DNA of 64,000 nucleotides from Prorocentrum cordatum (Eukaryota): contig CAUYUJ010000043.1 in assembly GCA_963575745.1 (NCBI GenBank), positions 1 through 64,000 on the forward strand, written 5' to 3'. Positions 13,016 through 25,789 of the stretch are shown here, piece after piece (positions within the stretch are counted from its first letter, which is position 1; the number at the start of each line of letters is the position of its first letter). Under the pieces are notes generated by a model. The model was not told where the DNA came from. It saw nothing but the letters and a program-made list of their open reading frames with translations, and ran no database searches. Made by a program: the position numbers and the translations under genes.

Positions 13016-15322
13016 GCAGGACGCACGCTCCGGCAACCCGCCTGCTCGACCTGGCCGCTTGGGCCCGCCCGCCCGACCTGCTTGTTAGGGTCTACCCACC
13101 CGATCTGCCCGCCTGGTTCTGCCACATGTTCTCCTCTCGTCTCCCAGACCCCCTCCTGCTACTCCCTCTCGTGCTCCATCTTCCGCCCTCTTCCTTGTCC
13201 CGCCCTTCCATCCGTCCTCTCTTCCCCTGCCTTGGGGGCTGCTTCGATGTACCCCAAGGGGGTACGATCGAAGACGACGTGGGCGGGTAGCGAGGGTTTG
13301 GGATATACGTGTTGAGTGGCCCGCGAGCGGGTCAGAGCGATAAGTCTTAAACTGAGTGTTGTTGGTGGTGTTGTTACCGCCATAGTTGGTATTATTGGTT
13401 GTTGTTGTTGTTGCTGCTGTTAATGTAGTCGGTGCTGGTGTTTTAGTGTCGTTGTTGTTGCTGCTGCTGTTCTTGTTGTTTCGCTGCTACGGCTGATGCT
13501 GATAAGGTGGAGTTCTGATGTTTGTGGTGGTGGTGATGCTGGTGCTACTGATGATGATGATGCTGATGATGCTTATGATGATGATGGTGGTGATGATGAT
13601 GATGATTCCGATGCGGTTGATGAGAATGGCAACGACGACGAGGATGAGGACGAGAGTGATGATGATGATGATGAGGAGGAGGATGATGATGATGATGATG
13701 ATGAGGATGATGATGATGAGGAGGGTGAGGATAAGGATGAATGCGACGCTGTTGCTGATGATGCTGGCGAGGTTGTTGTCGTTGATGATGGTATTGCGGT
13801 TTCTGTCGCTGTTGCGGTTGCTGTTGCTGCTGCTGTGGTTTTTGTTATTGTTGTTGTGGTTCTTGTTGTTGTCGTTGTTGTCGTCGTCGTCGTTATTGCT
13901 GTCATTGTTTATGTAGTTGCTGTTGTGACTGCAGGTGTTGTTGTTGCTGTTGTTGTTTCTGCTGCTGCCGTCGTTGTTGTTGTTGTTGTTGTTGAACATT
14001 ATTCCTTCTAAAGAATTATTATTGTTGGGACCCCTGGTGCGCGACCTCTGCGCCGCGCCTAGGCCGCAGCTACATTTTCATCATTTTTTCGCGAAAGCTT
14101 CAGAAAAGTGGATTCCGGATCCGGTTTTTTGTTGACGCTCGTTTTCCCTTGCAAAAAACAATAGAAAATGAAAATTCTTGTTTTTACTTGATCAAATTGC
14201 AAGAATCCCTTGCAAAAAATAAGGTAAAGTGGACATTCGTGCGCGCAAGACGAAATCCTTCCAAAACCTTAGGTTTCGTAACGATTTTAACATAAAAACA
14301 TCAAAAACCCAATGGTTTTTTAAGAAAAAATTGTCAAAATGTCCTTCCGCGCGCTCTTGCGGATTCATAGGAAACACACCACTTTTTAAACATTTCTGTC
14401 AAAAGGGTCTTTGCGTGCTACTTCTTCAGGTGCTTTGAACTTCTCCAACAACGGTTGCGCGCCTGCGAGGGCCACCATCCCTTGCAAAAAATGAGACGAA
14501 GTGCACATGCGCGCGGCCGCCGCGCGCGCATGTCGAAATCCTGCCAAACACAATGGGTTTTCAATAATTTCAAGATGCGATGTTCAGAAAACATATGAAA
14601 ACGCACTACTTTCTCATCCCTTTGTGTCCAGAGCCGCGCCGTCTGCGTTTTTCCTTTCTCGCTTCTCTCCTTTCCTCCTTGTCCTGCTCCTCCTCCCCCT
14701 CTTCCGCCTTGGAGCCGTATTGGAACTGTCGATGGCCATCTCCCTTTCTCCCTCGCATGTCTGCTTGTACATACGTATAATTTCAGAACTTACCGTGCAT
14801 GCGATCGTTTACAACATGGTGGACCGTGCGTATGTCACGAACCTTGTATACATGTGTTTCTCTCCCTCCGTCTGGCTGTGCACGCGCGCGTTGGGCACTG
14901 AGAGTTAGGATCATAGCGCCATGAGTCTATGAGCAATGCATGCGTCATCCTTGGGACTGTATAACATCAGTGTAACACATGTACTTCTGTAATCGCATCC
15001 CCACGAATTTGCCCCAAAAATGTGACCAACTATCTTGGCACTGCGTACCATCTCACGTGTACCGTGTACCACATCATATGTAACAGATGTGATCAACCTC
15101 TGTGGGTGTGTACCCCACGCCAGTGTAGTAGCCAGGGTCGTCCGCACGCCACGAAGTGAAGTGTCCCAACGTCATAGGGCGGGAAGCTGGGTGTGGGTGG
15201 TCTCGAAGAGTCGTTTGGATATTTGGTAGAGCTTGAACGGCCCCCCCACGAAGTGGGGGTATTGGCTGGTGTCGCAAGAAAACCCTGGCACTGGGGAGAA
15301 CACTGAGCGTTCGGGTAAAATG

Positions 15323-15361
<39 letters not shown>

Positions 15362-17192
15362 GGTTGTTGTTGCTGTTGACCTCTCACTACTGAAGAATGA
15401 TTATCGTTGATCCCCCTCCGGGGCGCACTGTATTTTTTCAAGTGAAGTGCCATTCCTGGGGCTCGCCACCTGCATTTCCTGGAGTTGGGCTCCTGGCCCC
15501 CGAGTTACAACAACAACGGCACTCGTCTGATACTTCCTCACAATTTACCTTCAAATCGCGCTCTCGCGCAGGATGTCCTCACAACTTATGCAGAAATCGC
15601 GTTCTCGCGTGGGACCTCCTCGCCTTTTGTTCAGACGCCGCGCCCTCGACTCTAAGGAATCACGCTCTAGTTTTGGCCAATCTCACGATTTACTTTGGAA
15701 TCGCGCTATCGCTCGAGACTCGCGATTCATGCAGGACGCACGCTTCAGCAACCCGTCTGCTCGACCTGTCCGCCTGCGCCCGCCTTCTCGACCCGCCTGT
15801 CAGGGACAACCCGCCCGATCTGCCCGTCCGATTCTGCCACGTGTTTTCTGCTCCTGGCCCCTCTCCTGCTACTCTCTCTCTCTCTCGTGCTCCATCCTCC
15901 TCCCTCGCCCTTGTCCCTTTCTTCCATCCGTCCTCCTATTCCCCTGCCGTAGGGGCTGCGTGAAATACACGTTGCGGGTAAGAAAGACATATCCCCAAGG
16001 GGAACGATCGAAGACGAAGAGGGCGGGTATCGAGGGCGTGGAATGTACGGTTTAATGGCACAGATAAGAGCGAACATTCTTAAACTGATTGTTGTTTTTG
16101 GCGTTGTTGTTGGTTGCTGTTGTTGTTGTCGTTGTCGTTTTCGTTGCCGTTCTGGTTATTATTGTCGTCGAATTCCCAGTTCTAAAGAAGAATTCTAGTT
16201 GAGCCCCCCTGCTCCTCACGCGGCTCGCATCCTTTTCCTAAGATTTTGTCGTTGGTCCCCGGTTTACATCAACAACGGCTCCCGCCTGATACATCCTCAC
16301 CATTCATTTCAAGATCGCGCCCTCGCGCGGGACGAACCTCATAATTTAGTGCACGAATCGCGCTCTCGCGTGACATTTCCTCACAATTCATACAGACGCC
16401 GCGTCCTCGCTCTCGCTTTGCTCCTTCCCGCGATCTGTTTTGAAGTCGCGCTATCGCTCGATACCTCCCCGCGATTCATGCAGGACGGTTCTGCCACGTG
16501 TTTTTTCTCCTGGCCCCCCGTCCTGCCAATCTCTCCCGTCCTCCATCCTTCTGCCTCCCCCTTCCATCCGTCCACTCCTCCCCTGGCAGGCAGGGAAAAA
16601 ATATGCCACCCAAGGGGGTACGATCGAAGACGAAGAGGGCGGGTATCGAGGGCTTGACGTCCTGAGAACTTGTGCAGGAATTGCGCTTTCGTGTGGGACG
16701 CCCTCGCAATTTATTCAGACGCCGCGCCCTCGACACTCTTCCCCCCATCCCTGGGGGCACCCGCCCCTTCCTGGGGGTGGGCCCGGCGAGATCCCTCCTC
16801 CCTCCTCCCCTCCCCCTCCTCTCATGCTATGACATGCTATGATCTGCCGTGCTGTTCTATGCCATTCTTTTCCATCCATCGCGTACCCTCTTGGCATCAT
16901 TGCCCCGCTCGGCATCCGACTTCGCGAATAGATGGGACATGCAGGCCATGGTAAGGTATGGGACGGAGGGGTGGGACGTCAGATGTGACGCTAGCGCACC
17001 TCGCTTGCCCCTCCCCCCCCTCTGCTTCCCCCCTCCTCGATCTCCCGCCTCTCCTCGAGCCCTGGGCCTCTGGAGCCATTTTGGCTCACGCCGCTTCGGC
17101 TCCACTTCGCCCCAGGCCCCGCAGGTGGCAGCGGCCTCCCTTCACGCTTCCCTCCCTGCACCCCGTGGCCACATGGAGCTGCTGATCTCCGC
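13016..17192. repeat. Tandem segmental duplication, copy 1 (with ~1.33 kb extra segment at 13994-15323)
   Basis: Near-identical to 17193-20050 apart from the extra segment and microsatellite length differences. Confidence 0.9.
17074..17192 (+). pseudogene. Duplicated 5' fragment (SL relic, 5'UTR, first codons MELLISA) of the dioxygenase retrogene
   Basis: Matches 19932-20050, then breaks into repeat sequence at the duplication junction. Confidence 0.8.
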
Positions 17193-18056
17193 GCAGGACG
17201 CACGCTCCGGCAACCCGCCTGCTCGACCTGGCCGCTTGGGCCCGCCCGCCAGACCTGCCTGTTAGGGTCTACCCACCCGATCTGCCCGCCTGGTTCTGCC
17301 ACATGTTCTCCTCTCGTCTCCCAGACCCCCTCCTGCTACTCCCTCTCGTGCTCCATCTTCCGCCCTCTTCCTTGTCCCGCCCTTCCATCCGTCCTCTCTT
17401 CCCCTGCCTTGGGGGCTGCTTCGATGTACCCCAAGGGGGTACGATCGAAGACGACGAGGGCGGGTAGCGAGGGTTTGGGATATACGTGTTGAGTGGCCCG
17501 CGAGCGGGTCAGAGCGATAAGTCTTAAACTGAGTGTTGTTGGTGATGTTGTTACCGCCATAGTTGGTATTATTGGTTGTTGTTGTTGCTGCTGTTAATGT
17601 AGTCGGTGCTGGTGTTTTAGTGTCGTTGTTGTTGCTGCTGCTGTTCTTGTTGTTTCGCTGCTACTGCTGATGCTGATAAGGTGGAGTTCTGATGTTCGTG
17701 GTGGTGGTGATGCTGGTGCTACTGATGATGATAATGATGATGATGCTGATGATGCTTATGATGATGATGGTGGTGATGATGATGATGATTACGATGCGGT
17801 TGATGAGGATAGCAACGACGACGAGGATGAGGACGAGAGTGATGATGATGATGATGAGGATGATGATGATGATGATGAGGATGATGATGATGATGAGGAG
17901 GGTGAGGATAAGGATGAATGCGACGCTGTTGCTGATGATGCTGGCGAGGTTGTTGTCGTTGATGATGGTATTGCGGTTTCTGTCGCTGTTGCGGTTGCTG
18001 TTGCTGCTGCTGTGGTTTTTGTTATTGTTGTTGTGGTTATTGCTGTTGTCGTTGTT

Positions 18057-18094
<38 letters not shown>

Positions 18095-18942
18095 TATTGC
18101 TGTCATTGTTTATGTAGTTGCTGTTGTGACTGCAGGTGTTGCTGTTGCTGTTGTTGTTTCTGCTGCTGCCGTTGTTGTTGTTGTTGTTGTTGTTGTTGCT
18201 GTTGACCTCTCACTACTGAAGAATGATTATCGTTGATCCCCCTCCGGGGCGCACTGTATTTTTCAAGTGAAGTGCCATTCCTGGGGCTCGCCACCTGCAT
18301 TTTCTGGAGTTGGGCTCCTGGCCCCCGAGTTACAACAACAACGGCACTCGTCTGATACTTCCTCACAATTTACCTTCGAATCGCGCTCTCGCGCAGGATG
18401 TCCTCACAACTTATGCAGAAATCGCGTTCTCGCGTGGGACCTCCTCGCCTTTTGTTCAGACGCCGCGCCCTCGACTCTAAGGAATCACGCTCTAGTTTTG
18501 GCCAATCTCACGATTTACTTTGGAATCGCGCTATCGCTCGAGACTCGCGATTCATGCAGGACGCACGCTTCAGCAACCCGTCTGCTCGACCTGTCCGCCT
18601 GCGCCCGCCTTCTCGACCCGCCTGTCAGGGACAACCCGCCCGATCTGCCCGTCCGATTCTGCCACGTGTTTTCTGCTCCTGGCCCCTCTCCTGCTACTCT
18701 CTCTCTCTCTCGTGCTCCATCCTCCTCCCTCGCCCCTGTCCCTTTCTTCCATCCGTCCTCCTATTCCCCTGCCGTAGGGGCTGCGTGAAATACACGTTGC
18801 GGGTAAGAAAGACATATCCCCAAGGGGAACGATCGAAGACGAAGAGGGCGGGTATCGAGGGCGTGGAATGTACGGTTTAATGGCACAGATAAGAGCGAAC
18901 ATTCTTAAACTGATTGTTGTTTTTGGCGTTGTTGTTGGTTGC

Positions 18943-18978
<36 letters not shown>

Positions 18979-20050
18979 CGTTGTCGTTGTCGTTTTCGTT
19001 GTCGTTCTGGTTATTATTGTCGTCGAATTCCCAGTTCTAAAGAATAATTCTAGTTGAGCCCCCCTGCTCCTCACGCGGCTCGCATCCTTTTCCTAAGATT
19101 TTGTCGTTGGTCCCCGGTTTACATCAACAACGGCTCCCGCCTGATACATCCTCACCATTCATTTCAAGATCGCGCCCTCGCGCGGGACGAACCTCATAAT
19201 TTAATGCACGAATCGCGCTCTCGCGTGACATTCCCTCACAATTCATACAGACGCCGCGTCCTCGCTCTCGCTTTGCTCCTTCCCGCGATCTGTTTTGAAG
19301 TCGCGCTATCGCTCGAGACCTCCCCGCGATTCATGCAGGACGGTTCTGCCACGTGTTTTTTTTCTCCTGGCCCCCCGTCCTGCCAATCTCTCCCGTCCTC
19401 CATCCTTCTGCCTCCCCCTTCCATCCGTCCACTCCTCCCCTGGCAGGCAGGGAAAAAATATGCCACCCAAGGGGGTACGATCGAAGACGAAGAGGGCGGG
19501 TATCGAGGGCTTGACGTCCTGAGAACTTGTGCAGGAATTGCGCTTTCGTGTGGGACGCCCTCGCAATTTATTCAGACGCCGCGCCCTCGACACTCTTCCC
19601 CCCATCCCTGGGGGCACCCGCCCCTTCCTGGGGGTGGGCCCGGCGAGATCCCTCCTCCCTCCTCCCCTCCCCCTCCTCTCATGCTATGACATGCTATGAT
19701 CTGCCGTGCTGTTCTATGCCATTCTTTTCCATCCATCGCGTACCCTCTTGGCATCATTGCCCCGCTCGGCATCCGACTTCGCGAATAGATGGGAGATGCA
19801 GGCCATGGTAAGGTATGGGACGGAGGGGTGGGACGTCAGATGTGACGCTAGCGCACCTCGCTTGCCCCTCCCCCCCCCTCTGCTTCCCCCCTCCTCGATC
19901 TCCCGCCTCTCCTTGAGCCCTGGGCCTCTGGAGCCATTTTGGCTCACGCCGCTTCGGCTCCACTTCGCCCCAGGCCCCGCAGGTGGCAGCGGCCTCCCTT
20001 CACGCTTCCCTCCCTGCACCCCGTGGCCACATGGAGCTGCTGATCTCCGC
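17193..20050. repeat. Tandem segmental duplication, copy 2
   Basis: Starts with gcaggacgcacgctccggcaacc as at 13016 and ends at gctgatctccgc as at 17192. Confidence 0.9.
19932..19963 (+). other. Relic dinoflagellate spliced leader(s)
   Basis: AGCCATTTTGGCTCACG matches the DinoSL 3' part at 16/17, followed by degenerate CCGCTTCGGCTCCAC (10/15 to the relic CCATTTTGGCTCAAG). Confidence 0.8.
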
Positions 20051-21553
20051 GTCGGGCGGCGTGGAGGCGGCGGCCACCGCGCCTTTCCCCGCCCGCCCGC
20101 CCTCCTGCAGGGAGGCCTCGGTCCGCTGCGTGCTGCCCCTCGAGGCGGGTGGGAGCGTCGGTGCCCGGCTGCTGGAGCCGAGCGAGGGCCCAGTCCTCTG
20201 CGACCGCGGCTGGGCGCAGCTCGGCGGCGAGGAGTGGGTCTGCCTCGCCTGCGCCGCGGCCTCCCGGCTGCTCCCTCCGCTGCGCGTGCGGGGTTGCGCC
20301 TCGGGCTGGGCGCCGTGCTTCGACGTCGAGGAGCGGCCGGACCGCCCGCCGCTGCCGCGCTCCGTGCACGTCGCGGCGGCCTCCCCGGCAGGCGCCGCGG
20401 CCGCGGAGGGCGACGCCGCCGCGGCCTCCGGCGCGGGCCGCGCGCTCGACGCGGTCGCGGGCGGGGCTGGCAGCGCGCAGTGCTTCGGCTGCACGGGCGC
20501 GCAGTCGGAGGCGAGCCTGGGCCTACGCGCGGCGCGGGCGCCGCCGGGGCCGCGGGTGCGGTCGTACAGGGCGGAGCGGGCCGACCGCACCCCGGAGGAG
20601 GCCCTGCAGCAGCTGCTGGGCGGAGGCGCCTCGGGCCTGCCCCAGTGGCTGCTGCAGGCTCCTCGGAGGGTGGGGTGCTGGCCGTGCCGCGTGCGCAGCT
20701 GTGGGCCGCCAGGGCGGAGCTGGAGCGCTCGGGGCACGCTCGACTGGAGGGCCTGAGCTGGGACGAGGTGGGGGTCTCCATGCAGGCCATAGCTGACACC
20801 ATGGCCTCGCTCCCGGAGCGCGGTGTGCCGGCCGTCTTCGCATTCACGTACGGCGAGGTCTGGGCGTTGTGGCGGAGCCTCTTTGCGGCGGCGGCCGAGC
20901 TGCGGCGTCAGCGAGGAGGAGCTGCACCTGGACGCGTCGGTGTTCGCGTGGACGTTGCGGCCAGCCGCCGCCGCGGGTGAGGTCGGGAGCAACTTTGGCA
21001 GGCCCCACCGCGAAGACAGCTACGCGGACTGCCACACCGCGGACGGGCGGCTGAGCATCCTCAGCATGTGGCTGCCTGTGGTGCCGGTGACGACGTCCAA
21101 CGGCTGCATGTACGTCGTCCCCGCCCAGCACGACCCGCTCTTCGCAGAGCCGTCGCACCCCCTGCACATGACATGCGACCCGAAGAGTGGATGCCCTGGG
21201 CGCACTTTCGGCCCCTCCCGGCCTCGCCTGGGGACGTGCTCATGTGGAAGGGCAACCTCATCCACTGGGGCTCTGCTCCCGGCGGCGCTGGGGACCCACG
21301 CAAGAGCATCGCCTCCGCCTTCTTCAGGGCCGGGTCGGCGGCCGGGCAGGGCATAAGCCTGGGCCAGCTGCGGGCTGGGCTCAGCGTGAGCGCTCGGTTG
21401 CAGCTGGTGCTGCGGGCGCTGCTGGTCTACTCGGACTGGCACCACGAGTTCGCTGGGTTGGAGCGCGTGCTGCAGGGGCCCGGTCTTGAAAAGGCGATCC
21501 AGGCGGGGCTCCATGAACGGGTGGCAGCTGGAAGCATGCCGCACAGCAATTAG
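20031..21553 (+). pseudogene. Processed pseudogene of a phytanoyl-CoA dioxygenase (PhyH)-like 2OG-Fe(II) oxygenase
   Basis: Intronless and preceded by an SL relic. Motifs PHRE (HxD/E), WLPVVPVTTSNGCMYVVP, PGDVLMWKGNLIHWGS and RKSIA are spread over successive frames, with frameshifts near 20665, 20900 and 21175. Confidence 0.8.
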
Positions 21554-22259
21554 AGTGCGGGCGGGCGGGCTGGATTTTGCTTCGGGGAGGGGCCAACGAC
21601 GCATGGGAGGCAACAGCTTGTTTGCACGATGGACGCTGGAAGAAAGGGACCGTGCCTTGTGCTGCCCGGTCTTGGCTGGAGTGCTGCTCTGCTCCAGCGG
21701 TCGGCGCTCCACGGCGCCCAGCCAGGTAACCCAGGTCAGAACCTCGAGCTTTGGGCCTCCCCTCCCCTCCTGTTCCTCCCAGGAAGGGGAGGAGTAGGAG
21801 GGGGAGGAGTGGAGGAGGAGGAGGAGGAGGAGGAGGAGGAGGAGGAGGAGGAGGAGGAGGAGGAGGAGGAGGAGGAGGAGGCTCTCCCCCCTTGTGCCCG
21901 CCGCAGGCGGCCGGCCAGCACGGGGCGGTGCTCCACTGCCTGAAGAAGGCGCCCCTTTGCAGAGTCTCTGTGCCGCCGCCGTCCCCTCGGCTCTCGGACG
22001 ACGACCACAACGCCTGGACGACGACGGCGACGGCGACGACGACGCCGGGACGTCAGAGGAGGAGAAGGTACCGATGTATAGTCGGCCTTCAGGGAGACCC
22101 TCGTCACCACCGCCGGATTCGCTTCGAACATCTGGTCAGAAAGCACACCGGGAGAGGTCCATGGAGTAGCGGCATCGGTATTTTTTAGTTTCCCCAGGAC
22201 CACCGCTGGGGTGGCGTCTGGACGGTGCCCTACGATCGACGGCGCTCGTCGACGCTCGA

Positions 22260-22340
22260 CGAGGAGGAGGAGGAGGAGGAAGATGAGGAGGAGGAGGAGT
22301 GAGGAGTTAGGAGTGAGGAGTGATGTGAGAGGAGTGATGA

Positions 22341-22381
<41 letters not shown>

Positions 22382-22466
22382 ATGATGAGGATGAGGATGA
22401 GGATGATGATGATGATGATGCTGCTGATGATGCTGCTGATGATGATGCTGATGATGATGATGATGC

Positions 22467-22501
<35 letters not shown>

Positions 22502-22718
22502 GTGATGGTGATGATGATGATGATAGGGATGACGATGAGGATGATGATGATGACGATGATGAGGAGGATGAGGAGAAGGAGGAGGAAGAGGAGGAGGAGG
22601 AGGAGGAAGATGAGAGGATGGAGGAAGCAGGCGGAGGAGGAGGAAGAGGAGGAGGAGGAGGAGGAGGAGGAGTGAGGAGTTAGGAGTGAGGAGTGGGGAG
22701 TGAGGTGCGAGGAGTGAC

Positions 22719-22764
<46 letters not shown>

Positions 22765-22765
22765 C

Positions 22766-22830
<65 letters not shown>

Positions 22831-22843
22831 TGATGATGATGAT

Positions 22844-22875
<32 letters not shown>

Positions 22876-23105
22876 CGTGATGATGATGATGATGATGATG
22901 ATGAGGAGGAGGAGGAGGAGGAGGAGGAGGAGGAGTAGGAGGAGGACAAGGAGGAGGACAAGGAGGAAGACAAGGAGGAGGAGGATGAGGGGGAGGAGGA
23001 GGAGGAGGAGGAGGAGGAGGAGGAGGAGGAAGAGGAGGAGCAGGAGGGGGAGGGGGAGGATGATGAGGAGGAAGATGATTATGATGGTGCTGATGATGCT
23101 GCTGC

Positions 23106-23136
<31 letters not shown>

Positions 23137-23181
23137 ACGGATGGTGATGATGCTTATGCTGATGCTGATGCTGATGCTGAT

Positions 23182-23224
<43 letters not shown>

Positions 23225-23230
23225 GTGCGC

Positions 23231-23293
<63 letters not shown>

Positions 23294-23474
23294 CTGATGA
23301 TGATGATGTTGATGATGGTGATGATGGTGATGCTGGTGATGATGGTGATGGTGATGATGATGCTGATGCTGATGCTGATGCTGATGATGATGCTGCTGAT
23401 GATGTTGATGATGATGCTAAGAATGATGCTGATGCTGCTGATGAGGATAATATGGATTCCGAGTAGGATGATGC

Positions 23475-23506
<32 letters not shown>

Positions 23507-23536
23507 CTGATGCTGATGCTGATGATGATGATGATC

Positions 23537-23600
<64 letters not shown>

Positions 23601-23665
23601 GGAGGAGGAGGAGGAGGAGGAGGAGGAGGAGGAGGAAGAGGAGGAGGAGGAGGAGGAGGAGGACA
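22260..23665. repeat. Long compound (GAG)n/(GAT)n microsatellite
   Basis: Directly visible. Confidence 0.95.
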
Positions 23666-23789
23666 ACATGAACGAGAGGGAGGATGGTTAAAGATCGAGG
23701 TGTGTAGACGTCGCTGAGGGTCGAATGAGGCCTCTGGAGATGGATGCCTCTGGAGAGTGAGGCCAGGATGGGGAGTTGGGGAAGGAGGA

Positions 23790-25580
23790 GGGTCCAAGAT
23801 GGCCTCCGAGACCGACAAGACGTCTCTCAGTGCCCCCACGAGGTCCTCAAAGAGGTGCCCAAGAGGTCTCTAAGAGGCCTACGCTGCTCCCAGGAGGCCT
23901 ACAGGAGATCCCGTATGGGGGCCCAGAACAGGCCTTCGAGAAGCCTCCAACAGGGTTCCCAAGATGCCCCAAGGCCCCAAGAGATTTCTAAGAGGCCTCT
24001 GGTCCACAACCCGGGCACGGTGGCAGGCTTGGCAGAAGTCCACTCGATCCGCCGCCCCCTCTGGTCTTGCCAACGGGATGCACGGCCTGCCAGACGTTAG
24101 GTAGTTCGTGCAATGGCCTTCGGCCGTTCCCGCCAGCCACCCGGAAGGCTGCCGAAAGCCACCGAAAATCCGGGTCCCGTTACCCAACTCGCCTCCAAGA
24201 CGACGGCCGACATGACCCAAGACTGCCTCCAAGATGCCTCCAAGACTGCCAAGATGGCCCAAGTTGGCCTGCAAGACGGTCCCAAGACGCCTCAAAGAGG
24301 GCCAAGTTGGACCCAAGACGACCCAAGATTTCCTCCAGACGGCTCGAAAGGCCCCCAAGACGCCCCAAGAGGGCTCCAAGAGGACCTCCACAACCCCCCA
24401 ACCATGATTTTACTTATTTCGAACATGAGTTTAGTTTTCTCGCCTTTTCGGGTTTTCGATGCCCCAAGGCGGCCCCATAGGCCCCCAAGATCGTTCCAAG
24501 ACGGCCCAAGAGGGCCTCCAGAGGCCCTTAGATGGCCCCCAGAGGGACCCGAGACGGCCCAACGGGCCGCCAAGGCGGCCCCATAGACCTCCAAGACGGC
24601 CCTCAAGCGCCCAAGTAAGGAACCACGGCTGCGTAGAGAGTGTCCCCAGACGGCCTCCGAAGGCCAAGAGGTGCTTCAGAGGCCCCCAGAAGAATCCCAA
24701 GAGGCCCCTAAGAGGCACCAGAAGACATCCAAGAGGCGTCAGGTGCTCCCAAGAGGCCCCCAAGAGACTCCCAGGGAGCCTCCAGGAGGCCCAAGAGAGC
24801 CTTAAGAGGCCTCCTCTTTTTCCTCCTTCTCCTCCTCCTCCTCCTCTTCCTCCTCCTCTTCGTCCTCCTTCTCCTCCCTCTGCTCCTCCGTCCCCTTCCT
24901 CTCCCAAGTGTTTCCCCAAGGGAGTTCACAACGGCCGAGGGAGCACATGGTCCAATAGCTTGGCCAGATTGCGGCCCAAGTTTTGGTCGCATCGGCGCTT
25001 CCGAAAGGCCCGGGGCGGCGGCGACTCGTCGTAGGCATAGGAGGAGGAGGAGGAGGAGGAGGAGGAGGAGGAGGAGGAGGAGGAGGAGGAGGAGGAGGAG
25101 GAGGAGGAGGAGGAGGAGGAGGAGAGGAGGAGGAGGAGGAGGAGGAGGAGGAGGAGGAGGAGGAGGAGGAGGAGGAGGAAGAAGAATAATAAGAGGAGGA
25201 GGAGGAGGCGGAGGAGGAGGAGGAGGACTTCGATCCGCCGCCCCCTGTGGCTTGCCACAGGGGTGCTCGCCGTGCCTGACTTGTGCATACCTTCTGGCCC
25301 TCCCAGGAGGTTCCCAGTGACCTCTCGCCCAGCCCGCCAGCCCAGTGGACCAGCCATGAAGGACTGCCTCCAAGATGGCGCCCAGGATTGCCTCCAAGAT
25401 GACCTCCGACCTGGCCGTACACGGCCTCCAAGACAGTCCCAATACAACCCCAAGACGGCCAACATTGCTCCCAGAGGGCCCAACAATGTCCCAAGAGGGC
25501 TTGAGATGGCCTAAGATGGTCCGTGACGTCCCGAAGATACTCCGAGAGCGGTACAACAGAGTCCTCAGGCGGCCCAGAAG
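23790..25580. repeat. Degenerate CCAAGA-rich dispersed repeat region interrupted by (GAG)n
   Basis: Recurrent ccaaga/gcctccaag motifs; the segment cgatccgccgccccct recurs at ~24045 and ~25231. Confidence 0.65.
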
Positions 25581-25789
25581 ATGCCAACGGCATTGCTTTC
25601 TTTTGTACCCCAAGCCTCCTGCGTTGAGTTCTCGTTTTGTATAGAGCACTGCGGTCCCACACCTCCTCCTGCTCCTTCTCCTCTCCCCCTTCTCCTGCCT
25701 CCTCCTGTGCCCCTCTTAATTGCCTGCTACCCTGCCTCCTACCTGCCGTTTGCCCTACCTCCTGCTTGCCTGCTACCCTGACTCCTCGC

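Noticed and set aside
21736..23671. Long poly-Ile/Met/His/Arg ORFs here and at other microsatellites
   Set aside because: Translations of triplet repeats that lack stops; no domain content.
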